In this document: one piece after another, positions 54,551-64,000 of the stretch
How positions within the stretch are numbered: the first letter of the stretch is position 1
How the letters are laid out: the number at the start of each line of letters is the position of its first letter
Source: the human T2T-CHM13v2.0 reference genome, Homo sapiens
NCBI RefSeq assembly: GCF_009914755.1
Contig: NC_060927.1
Reading direction: 5' to 3' (one strand)
Length of the DNA: 64,000 nt
The notes under the pieces: generated by a model
What the model saw: the letters and a program-made list of their open reading frames with translations, nothing else
Database searches by the model: none
Told to the model about the DNA's origin: nothing
Translations under genes and position numbers: made by a program

Positions 54551-55018
54551 TTATTATTAAATGTGGTTTTTCTTAACTAATAACTATGCCTCACGGAATT
54601 GGTGGAACAATTGTTCCTAAATGTTTGAATGTGAACAAATCCTATTTGTTGAAGCAAGAATTGATCTCAGATGGGTACTGATCCTGACAGCACAGCATGG
54701 TTTACAAAGCCTTTTTCCTATGCCTCATTCCACATAATCCTTTTTGAGCCCCATGAGCTGGATATTGGTCAATTACCAGCTCTTGCAGGTAAGGACGCTG
54801 AGGCCCTGAAAAGGTGAGAAATGCTTCCCTGCATCATCCCATTAGTAGGTGGCTGGGATGGGACCTTAAATCTGAGTCTTCTGGCTTTATCTGCTTCCCC
54901 TAAACTATATGGTATGTGGGTTTTTGCAGGAATGTCCAAAGTGGATTGGTTAGTCTGTCCAGCAACAAGGAACCTAGACAAATGACAGACCCTCTGGTTG
55001 AGTTTCCGCTGTTCCCAC

Positions 55019-55480
55019 TAAGGGAGGAGACCACCCCTCATATTGTCTTATGCCCAATTTCTGCCTCCAAAGAAAGAAAAAGTAAAAACTAAAAGGCAGA
55101 AATGAAATCCACAAGCAGACAGCCCGGCACCATACCCTAGGCCTGGTCGTTAAAGATCGACCCCTGACCTAATCGGTTATGTTATCTGTAGATTACAGAC
55201 ATTGTATAGAAAAGCACTGTGAAAATCCCTATCCTGTTTTGTTCCGATCTAATTACCGGTGCATGCAGCCCCCAGTCACGCACCCCCTGCTTGCTCAATT
55301 GATCATGACCCGCTCATGTGCACCCCCTTAGAGTTGTGAGCCCTTAAAAAGGACAGGAATTGCTCACTTAGCGAGCTCGGCTCTTAAGACAGGAGTCTTG
55401 CCGATGCCCCCAGCCAAATAAACCCCTTCCTTCTTTAACTCGGTGTCTGAGGAGTTTTGTCTGCGGCTCATTCTGCTACA
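55019..55480 (+). repeat. 5' LTR (LTR2-type)
   Basis: Runs from taagggaggagaccacccc to ctgctaca, with a TATA-like cttaaaaag at ~55343 and AATAAA at ~55417. By manual count it has ~31 substitutions and no indels versus the 3' LTR (~93% identity), many at CpG. Confidence 0.95.
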
Positions 55481-55485
55481 TTTCT

Positions 55486-55503
55486 TGGTTCCCTGACCGG
55501 GAA
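55486..55503 (+). promoter_or_regulatory. Retroviral primer-binding site for tRNA-Glu
   Basis: TGGTTCCCTGACCGGGAA is the 18-nt complement of the tRNA-Glu 3' end (...TTCCCGGTCAGGGAACCA). It sits 5 nt after the 5' LTR. Confidence 0.92.
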
Positions 55504-55758
55504 GCGAGGTGATTGGCGGATGGTCGAGGCAGCTCCTTAGGCGGCTTAAGCCTGCCCTGTGCAACATCTCGGCGGGGGACTCCAACTAGCCCAAGCAACG
55601 CAGATCCTGAGAGCGCTCAGGGGTAGGCATTTGCCCCAGTGGGACGCCTTGCCAGGGCAGTGTGTGGCAGGCCCCCATAGAGGAGCAACGCAGTGGCTGA
55701 ACACCAGGAAGGTTTTCACCGGTCTGGACATCTAAAACTTAGTAAGACTAGTCTTTAA

Positions 55759-56230
55759 AACTTGCCCACTCCGTTTGAGTGGAAGCGTGGCCTGATCACC
55801 CATGGCGTGCCTTTATCGGCACTTTGGTTTTGGTTTTGGTTTTGACTTGGTTTGAATTGCTTGACAGGACTGGTCTTGAGAACTTGCCCACTCCATTTGA
55901 GTGGAAGCTTGGCCTGATCACGCATGGTGTGCCTTTATCGGCACTTTGGTTTTGGTTTTGACTTGGTTTGAATTGCTTGACAGGACTGGTCGTGAGAACT
56001 TGCCCACTCCATTTGAGTGGAAGCTTGGCCTGATCACCCATGGTGTGCCTTTATCGGCACTTTGGTTTGGTTTTGACTTGATTTGAATTGCTTGACAGGA
56101 TTGGTCTTGGGAACTTGCCCACTCCATTTGAGTGGAAGCGTGGCCTCATCACCCACGGCATGCCTGTACCGGCACTTTGGTTTTTGTTTTTGACTTGACT
56201 TGGATTGCTTGATACTTTGGTTTTGGTTTT
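55759..56230 (+). repeat. Tandem ~115-122 bp repeat (3 full copies plus 1 divergent) in the ERV leader
   Basis: Units begin aacttgcccactccRtttgagtggaagc at ~55759, 55881, 55997 and 56112. Length differences come from the number of (ttttgg) motifs. Confidence 0.92.
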
Positions 56231-56373
56231 GACCTGGCTTGGATTTCTGGATACTCTGATTTTGGTTTTGATTTTGCTTTGGTGCAAACTGCAAAAGTGT
56301 GTGCGTGCCCTTTTTACCTGTTCTTTGGTTTGTGGTGTGCATGTGGTATGAGCGTGTTTTGTCTCGAAGAAGC

Positions 56374-56650
56374 ATAGGTCAGGCACAAATAAGCCCACCC
56401 TACTAGGAACTATGTTGAAAAATTTCAAAAAAGAATTTAAAGGAGACTATGGAGTACTGTGACACTAGGAAAACTTAAAACTTTGTGTAAGATAGACTGG
56501 CCAGCATTAGAGGTAAGTTGGCCATTAGAAGGAAGCCTGGACAGGTCCCTTGTTTCAAAGGTGTGGCCCAAGGTAACCTGTAAGCCAGGGAATGCAGACC
56601 AGTTCCTGTACATAGACACTTGGTTACAGCTGGTTTTAGACCCCCCGCCC
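56374..56650 (+). pseudogene. Gammaretrovirus-like gag matrix remnant (HERV-E type)
   Basis: MLKNFKKEFKGDYGV and GKLKTLCKIDWPALEVSWPLEGSLD resemble class I MA. The probable ATGGGT start now reads ATAGGT, and the segment is frameshifted. Confidence 0.8.
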
Positions 56651-56694
56651 CCAACACACAGTGGTTGAGAGAACAGCAGCATAAGTGGCTGGCA

Positions 56695-56892
56695 GAGGCA
56701 AGGAAAGACCAGCAGAGAGAGAGAAAGGAAAGAGAGAAGAAAAGAGGCAAAGAGAGAGGAAGAGACAGACAAAGAGGGAGTCAAGGAGAGAGAGAGAGAA
56801 AGAGAAAGGCAGTGAAAGAGAAGAAGAGACAGAGGCAAAAGGAAAGTCAAAGAGAGAGAGACAAAGTCAAAGAGAGAAAGAAAGAGAGAGAT
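56695..56892 (+). repeat. Polypurine (AG/AAAG)-rich tract replacing downstream gag
   Basis: About 200 nt that are almost entirely A/G. Confidence 0.85.
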
Positions 56893-56909
56893 ATACAAGT
56901 AGTTAAGAA

Positions 56910-57205
56910 AAAAAAAGTGTACCCTATAAAAGCCAAGGTAAATTTAAAACCTATAATTGATAATTGAAGGTATTGTAACCTATCACACTCCAATACCACT
57001 TTGTTGTCAGTGTAAACAAGGGCGTATCCTGAAAGCACTGAGGCCTTCCTATAAAAAATCCTTAACCCAGTAACCCGCAGATGGCCCAAATGCATTCAAT
57101 CTGTAGCTGCAACTGCTTTGCTAACAAAAAAAAAAAGTAAAAAAAAAACTTTCAGAGGAAACCTCATTGTGAGCACACCTCACCAGTTCAGAAGTATCCT
57201 AAAGG
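56910..57205 (+). pseudogene. Deleted pol remnant 1 (RT start fused to the connection/tether domain)
   Basis: 'YPIKAKVNLKPII', then 'AFL*KILNPVTRRWPKCIQSVAATALL...TFRGNLIVSTPHQ', match class I pol motifs 'VAYLSK.LD.V..GWP.C' and 'LT.G..L....PH'. Confidence 0.7.
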
Positions 57206-58120
57206 AAAAAAAAAAAAAGAAAAAAAGAGGAGGGGCGGAATTTATGTAAAAAGAGTATTATATGGTAAATTCTTGTCCTGAAATAAATTAACTAGTTGTT
57301 TAAAGAAAGAAATATTTGTAATAAGTCAAAAAGTTGAGGCATGTCGAAGAATTATCTGCGAAAGTCATGAAAGAAAAAAGTTATAAAAAAGAATTTATGC
57401 AAAAAATGTGGTGTAATTTAAAAGTAACTAGGCCTCCTGAATTTAAAACTATTAAAAAACAGTTTGTATGCAAGGTGTATAAGAAAAGTAAAATATACCT
57501 TTGGTAAAAAGATTATAAGGAGGCATAAGAATGTACATTTTTACCTACATTAAAAAGTTAAAAAAAATTATTGTTTTGAAGGTTTAAGCAAGTTTTAAAA
57601 CGTTAATTATAAAGAAAATTCTGTGTGTAAACATATTAGCTAAAGTTAAAGAAGTATCATCCAGTTTTTCTGTGAACTGGACATTAAAGTAAAAGCATAA
57701 CAGGTTTTTCTTAAAGCACCAACCTGCTCTTTAGCAAAAATTATAAAAGGTTAAAAAGAGTCTATAAAATCTTACCTTATGGTCAAACATTAAAAATTAG
57801 ATAAATATGTCTAGAAGGTTTTATTAAAATTAGGTTTAACATTAATAACACACTAATATAAAGGTAAAATTTAGCTTATCTGGTGTAAAAATCATATGAG
57901 AAGCACTGTTAAATGCAAAATGGTATTTGGCTTTCTTTGGTTTAAAAACTAATAAAAATAGGTGCTAAAGGAAATTTCTCAGTAAAAAGGCACTAAGGAC
58001 TATAAAGTCCACTGTCCAGGTCCCCACAGTTAAAACAAAAGGTCGATGTCTTAAAAATTATATACTTGGTTTATCTTCCACTTTCCTTTCTCTCAAAAAC
58101 TAAGTCTTTTAGCACATGTA

Positions 58121-58398
58121 CCACCCCTAGAATTTCCAGTAAACCAGCACCAGCCTGAAGATCACGTTCTCATCAAAGGGTGGAAAGAAGAAAAACTCAA
58201 GCCAGCCTGGGAAGGACCCTACCTTGTGCTGCTAACCAACAAGACTGCTGTTCATACAGCAAAACAAACAAACAAACAAACAAACAAAAAAAAGAATGGA
58301 CTCATTACACCCGAGTCAAGAAAGCGCCACCCCCTCCAGAATCGTGGGCCATAGTCCCAGGGGAAAACCCTATCAAACTAAAGCTAAGAAAAATTTAA
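58121..58398 (+). pseudogene. Integrase C-terminal (GPY/F) remnant
   Basis: HQPEDHVLIKGWKEEKLKPAWEGPYLVLLT...WTHYTRVKKAP, interrupted by an (AAAC)n expansion at ~58261-58290. Confidence 0.85.
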
Positions 58399-58419
58399 CT
58401 CTTTTAATCTATTCTATTA

Positions 58420-59580
58420 CTCTTTCTTCTTTCCTCATTCTATTGCTGACCATCTAGTTATTAACATAACCAAGTCAATTTCTCCTCAAACTATTGCATT
58501 TAATGCTTGCCTTGCTATACCCTGTGAGGACTTGCCAAGTCAAAGACAGCTTTCTGCTTTAGAAAAGTACTTCTGTCCCTCCTGACTCTCCTCAGACTGG
58601 GCATTAGTAAAGTAGGACCATTTAATCTGGGGAGATTTCAATAAAGACCCCAGTGCCAACCAGAAGTCTTGCCCCCCGATGTAGAGCTTTCATGCCATAG
58701 TTGGTCCAATGTTCTGTGGACCACTAAAGAGCAAGGATGGACTGCCCCAACCAGTTTTTGTAATTTCCTAAAATCATACATTCATTTTACTAGAGGATCA
58801 TGGAAGTTAAAGACTTAAAACAAACTTTAGCAATTTGAGACAGGATACCAAGATGCAAATGCTTGGTTAAAATGGATCAAATATTCCATCTGCACGTTAA
58901 ACAAAAGCAATTGTTATGCTTGTGCACATGGCAGGTCAGAGGCCCAGACTGTCCCCTTTCCACTAAGGTGGTCCTCCAGTTGACCAGGTGTAGGCTGCAT
59001 GGCTCTTTTCCAGGATTCTACAGCCTGGAGTAAGTCATGCCAAGCTCTCTCTGCTATATCCCAAAGTCTGGCACCCTGCGGGTCAGCCCCCAAAGGCCAT
59101 CCAGCCTCCGTTTCCCAACACTAAGTCACTTCATGTCTCTCATGACAGGGAGGAAACTTAGTGTTCCTTGGAGACCTGAAAGGATGCAGTTAGCTTAAGA
59201 ATTTTCAAGAGCTTATCAATCAGTCAGCCCTTGTTCATCCCCGAGCAGATGTGTGGTGGTATTGTGGTGGACCTTTACTGGGCACTCTGCTGAATAAATG
59301 GAGTGGCACTTGTACTTTAGTCCAATTGGCTATCCCTTTCACCCTGGCATTTCACCAACCAGAAGGAGAAAAATAAGACATCGTAAAGCGAGAGAAGCCC
59401 CTTATAGGTCTTTCGACTCTCATGTCTGTTTAGACACAATTGGAGTCCCATGACGAATACCATATCAATTTAAAGCTTGAAATCAAATAGCTGCAGGATT
59501 TGAGTCAATATTTTTGTGGGTGACAGTTAACAAAAATGTAGATTAGATAAACTACATCTATTACAACCAACAGCAACGAG
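58420..59580 (+). pseudogene. Truncated env remnant 1 (non-HERV-E class I type)
   Basis: WWYCGGPLL...WSGTCTLVQLAIPF and IGVP*RIPYQFKA*NQIAAGFESIFLWVTVNKNVD*INYIYYNQQ. It has many stops and is cut off before the ISD. Confidence 0.75.
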
Positions 59581-59582
59581 CT

Positions 59583-60150
59583 TTTCATGAGTTAAAAGAA
59601 AAACTCATGTTGGCCCCAGACCTGAGGCTACATGACCTGGCAAAACTCTTTACACTCTATGTGTCAGAAAGAGAAAAAATGGCAGTTGGAGTTTTAACCC
59701 AGACTGTGGGGCTCTGGCCAAGGCCAGTGGCCTATCTCTCAAAACAACTAGACGGGGTTTCCAAAGCCTGGCCCCCAGGTTTAAGGGCCCTAGCAGCAAC
59801 AAGGGCCTTCTTGTCCTGTTAGCACAAGAAGCAGATAAACTAACCCTTAGGCAAAACCTGAATATAAACGCTCCCCATGCTGTGGTAACTTTAATGACTA
59901 CCAAAGGACATCATTAGTTAACAAATGCTAGATTAACCAAGTACCAAAGCTTGCTATGTGAAAATCCCCACATAACCATTGAAGTTTGCAACACCCTAAA
60001 CCCCACCACCTTGCTCCCAGTATCAGAGAGCCCAGTTGAACATAACTGTGTAGAGGTGTTGGACTCAGTTTATTCTAACAGGCCCAACCTCCGAGACCAT
60101 CCTTAAACATCAGTAGACTGTGAGCAGTATGTGGACGGGAGCAGCTTTGC
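59583..60150 (+). pseudogene. pol remnant 2 (RT connection domain to the start of RNase H)
   Basis: FTLYVSEREKMAVGVLTQ...RPVAYLSKQLDGVSKAWP, HH*LTNARLTKYQSLLCE, TLNPTTLLP, ending at YVDGSSF. Confidence 0.88.
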
Positions 60151-60236
60151 CAACCCCTGCAAAGTGACTCTGAAGAAGACGACAAGCCCTGCTCTAATCA
60201 CACCCGGAAGCTGACTGGTCCATGCACGGCCGAAGC

Positions 60237-62291
60237 ATGAGAAAACTCATCGCGGGACTCATTTTCCTTAAAATTTGCATTTTTACAATAAGGACTTCAA
60301 CTGACCTTCCTCAGACTGAGGACTATTCCCAGTGTATACATCAAGTCACTGAGGTAGGACAAAAGGTTGCTACGGTCCTATTATTTTATGGTTATTATAA
60401 GCGTACTGGAACTCTAAAAAGAACTTGTTGTATAATATAATTCTATACAAGGTATGTAGCCCAGGAAATGACCAACCTGATGTGTGTTATGACCCATCTG
60501 AGCCTCCCATGACCACAGTTTTTAAAATTAGATTGAGGACTGAGGACTGGTGAGGGCTCACAAATGATATGAGTAAAGTGCTAGCCAAAACAGAAGAAAA
60601 AGGGGTGCCCAAACGAGTCATCTTAAAATTTGATGCCTGTGCTGTCATTAATAGTAATAAGTTAGGAATAAGCTGTGGTTCTCTTAATTAGAAAAGAGGC
60701 TATATAGCAGAAAATAAGTACATCTGTCATAAATTAAGACTGTGTGGAAAGAAATGTAAATACTGGTCTTGTGTCATTTAGGCCACTTCGATAAAAAAAA
60801 AATGAAAAAGATCCAGTCCACCTTCAGAAAGGAAAAAATGGCCCTTCCTGTACTAAGGGACAATGTAACCCCTTAGAGCTAGTAATAACCAATCCCCTTG
60901 ATCCTCGCTGGAAAAAAGAGGAGCGTGTGACCTTAGGAATCAATGGGGCTGGACTGGATCCTCGAGTAAATATCTTGGTTTGAAGAGAAGTTTACAAACG
61001 CTCTCCTAAGCCAGTGTTTCAAACTTTCTATGATGAACTAAATGTGCCAGTACCAGAAATTCCAGGAAAAACAAGAAATTTGTTTTTGCAATTAGCTGAG
61101 CATGTTCTCTCAATGTCACTTCATGTTATGTATGTGGAGGAACTGTAATAAGAGATCAATGACCATGGGAAGCCCGAGAATTAGTACCTACAGACCCAGT
61201 TCCTGATGAATTCCCAGCTCAGAAGAATCACCCTGATAATTTCTAGGTCCTAAAAGCCTCAATTATTGGACAATATTGCATAGCTAGAGAAGGAAAAGAA
61301 TTTACTCACCCCATAGGACGACTTCTTTGTCTAGGACAGAAACTTATAATGGTATCACAAAAACAGTCATTTGGTGGAGTTCTAATCACACAGAGAGAAA
61401 TCCATTTAGTAAATTCCCAAAGTTGCAAACCGTGTGGACCCACCCGGAGTCCCACCGGGACTAGACAGCCCCCACTGGATTATACTAGATACGTAGGCAT
61501 AGAGCTTACGCCAAATTACCTGACCAGTAGGCAGGTAGTTTTGTTATTGGCACTATTAAACCATCTTTTTCCTACTGCCCATAAAAACAGGCGAACTCCT
61601 GGGCTTCCCTGTCTATGCTTCCCGCGAAAAGAGAAGCATAGCTATAGGAAATTGAAAAAATGATAAATGGCCCCCTGAGAAAATCATACAATATTATAGG
61701 CCTGCTAGGCACAAGACGGCTTGTGAGGATACCAGACCCCCATTTACGTGATCAACTGAATCATACGGTTACAAGCTGTCTTAAAAATAATCACTAATAA
61801 AACCGGCAGAGCCTTGACTATTCTGGCCCAGCAAGAAACTCAGATGAGTAATGCTACCTATCAAAATAGATTAGCTCTTGACTACTTGCTAGCAGCTGAA
61901 GGAGAGGTCTGTAGGAAATTTAACCTTTCTAATTGCTGCCTACATATAGATAATCAAGGGCAAGTAGTTGAAGACACAGTTAAGAGATATGACAAAACTG
62001 GCACATGTGCCTGTGCAAGTGTGGCATGGATTTGATCCTGGGGCCATGTTTAGAAAATGGTTCCCAGCGCTAAGAGAATTTAAAACTCTAATAATAAGAG
62101 TTATAATAGTAATAGGAACCTGCTTACTGCTCCCTTGTTTGCTACCTATACTTCTTCAAATGATAAAAAGCTTCATCGCTACCTTAGTTCACCAAAAAGG
62201 TTCAGCACAAGTGTACTATATGAATCACTATCGATCTGTCTTGCAAGAAGACACAGGTAGTAAAAATGAAAGTGAGAACTCCCACTATTGA
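60237..62291 (+). pseudogene. HERV-E-type env, full span but disrupted
   Basis: Signal peptide MRKLIAGLIFLK; SU motifs (CYVCGG, PWEARELVP); furin site REKR (~61623-61634); [21 protein letters not shown] with CX6CC; TM anchor; tail ending ESENSH. Multiple stops and frameshifts. Confidence 0.9.
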
Positions 62292-62314
62292 GTGAGAATC
62301 TCAAAGGAGGGGAA

Positions 62315-62776
62315 TAAGGGAGGAGACCACCCCTCATATTGTCTTATGCCCAATTTCTGCCTCCAAAGAAAGAAAAAGTAAAAACTAAAAGGCAGAAATG
62401 AAATCCACAAGCAGACAGCCCGGAGCCGCACCCTAGCGCTGGTAGTTAAAGATCGACCCCTGACCTAATCGGTTATGTTATCTATAGATTACAGACATTG
62501 TATAGAAAAGCACTGTGAAAATCCCTATTCTGTTTTGTTCCGATCTAATTACTGGTGCATGCAGCCCCCAGTCACGTACCCACTGTTTGCTCAATCGATC
62601 ACGACCCTCTCAGGTGCACCCCCTTAGAGTTGTGAGCCCTTAAAAAGGACAGGAATTGCTCACTCGGGGAGCTCAGCTCTTGAGACAGCAGTCTTGCTGA
62701 TGCCCCCGGCTGAATAAACCCCTTCCTTCTTTAACTCAGTGTCTGAGGAGTTTTGTCTGTGGCTCGTCCTGCTACA
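62315..62776 (+). repeat. 3' LTR (LTR2-type)
   Basis: Direct repeat of 55019-55480, preceded by the polypurine tract aaaggaggggaa (62303-62314). Confidence 0.95.
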
Positions 62777-64000
62777 CCACCATGTCATACATGTCCCAAG
62801 ATATGTGCAACCCATCCCCCACTGCAAAGTGGCAGGGCTATTACAAGCACTCTCATTGGGAGGAAATATCCCTTCAAATAGCAGAGCTCCCAGTTATTGC
62901 CCCAGGAGGGAAAGGTGCAAGTGACTTTAACTGATGGAATTTGAGATTCAAGATTTACCTTAAGCTATCCAACCTCGTACCTGGTTTCAGGCTGATAAGT
63001 GGAGTTAAATGGAAGTCCTCCAAACTCTGGTCTTGCAATTAGTATGGATCAAAGGAGGTGATGACTAACAGAATCTCATTTTTAGAGTCAAGAAAAACTC
63101 TTAGCCAGTATGAGTACTTAACTCCTTTAGGAGGCCAATTGGCCTGAGCCCAGCCCTCAGGTACGTGTGGTTAAATCATCAACACATGAGAAATCATCTT
63201 ATTTATATAGATCTCCAAATAAATTGCTGCCATAAACATTTATTTTAGGGAACCAGGGTGGGTCTAAACGGATCAGTCTCATTCAGCTGTACCCTCACTG
63301 TCAGGAATCTGTTCTGGACACCCGTCCCTCCTGCCCTTCTTGGTGAAAATGAAGTGAGGTTGCCCCACCCTGGTTCCTGCAGAGGCCCCTTTCTTTACAC
63401 CATCTAATCCTAGTCCCTACCCTTTCATCTCAATTCCTAATTTATAAATACCAAAGGTTCCAAAATTCCTGATGAAATTTCTCCAAAATGGTGGAACCAA
63501 AACTGCGCACAACATTTCCATCCAGGTCTGGCCAAAAATGAGGAGATTTGGAGATTATTTTAAGCTATCTCAAAATTTCTGTTGCTTATCCATATACAAC
63601 TACAAAATCAATTCAGCCTGTATTTATTGCGGTGCGGAAAGAGCAGAAGCAGGAGTGGAGATCCCAGCTGAGTAAGTATGCAGGTGAGATCCGCTCTGAC
63701 CTCCAGATCCCTTTCTGTTGGACACATATAACCAGTCCACGGACACCCCCATCATCCCTTTGTGTAATCTGGCTTCCCCTTAATTGCACCACCGGAGGCT
63801 TTACTCAGTCCCATCTGACTGTATGTTTGTGGGAAACAACCTCTCTACACCATGATCCCACCCTGACCAGAAGGGGCCTTGATGCAGTCTCTGCAGTCTC
63901 CCACATCCTCACCGCAGCAGCTTTGGCCTCTCAGGAGGTATCTTCCATTGTTACTTCTGCCTAGGCAGAACGGGCAAAAGAGCCCGAGTGCGGATTGAAC

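Larger units (their letters stand above)
55019..62776 (+). mobile_element. Class I endogenous retrovirus with LTR2/HERV-E LTRs and a Harlequin-like mosaic interior; antisense to SLCO2A1
   Basis: Has two 462-bp LTRs, a 4-bp TSD ccac (55015-55018 / 62777-62780), a tRNA-Glu PBS, a PPT, and gag/pol/env remnants. Confidence 0.93.

Noticed and set aside
55019-55127. First ~109 bp identical between the two LTR2 copies, suggesting gene conversion
   Set aside because: The segment is nearly CpG-free and most LTR differences are at CpG sites, so this identity is plausible by chance.
55759-56230. Regularly spaced repeats with a hairpin resembling a CRISPR-type array
   Set aside because: The whole unit is repeated with no unique spacers, it lies in a mammalian ERV leader, and there are no cas-like ORFs.
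56620-56967. Arg/Glu/Lys-rich ORF
   Set aside because: It is the translation of the AG-rich tract inside the ERV.
60237-62291. Possible co-opted (syncytin-like) env gene
   Set aside because: At least eight in-frame stops and several frameshifts; only short TM fragments remain open (61814-62035, 61968-62291).

Overview
This is mammalian genomic DNA (Alu content and protein identity point to human or a close primate) lying entirely inside one minus-strand gene, SLCO2A1 (prostaglandin transporter, OATP2A1). Only two coding exons are present: exon 2 (14641-14778, 138 nt) and exon 3 (8823-8985, 163 nt), both with canonical AG/GT ends. Exon 1 lies beyond the right edge and exon 4 beyond the left edge. 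The rest is intron filled with Alu, MIR, L1, L2, L3/CR1, hAT DNA transposons and many LTRs. The largest element is a 7.76-kb class I ERV (55019-62776) with paired LTR2-type LTRs, a 4-bp TSD and a tRNA-Glu PBS. Its internal region is a non-coding mosaic (Harlequin-like) with heavy G-to-A damage. I found no evidence of a new protein-coding system. The best leads are: (i) a sense-oriented THE1D LTR whose ATG and splice donor are in frame with exon 2; (ii) APOBEC3-like hypermutation and two different pol/env sets in the ERV; (iii) a 121-bp inverted duplication upstream of exon 2 that I cannot assign to a TE; (iv) a 31-bp micro-inversion across an LTR poly(A) signal; (v) a tail-to-tail fused inverted Alu pair. 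Repeat subfamily names come from my recall of consensus sequences, not from a database search, and boundaries of old repeats are approximate.
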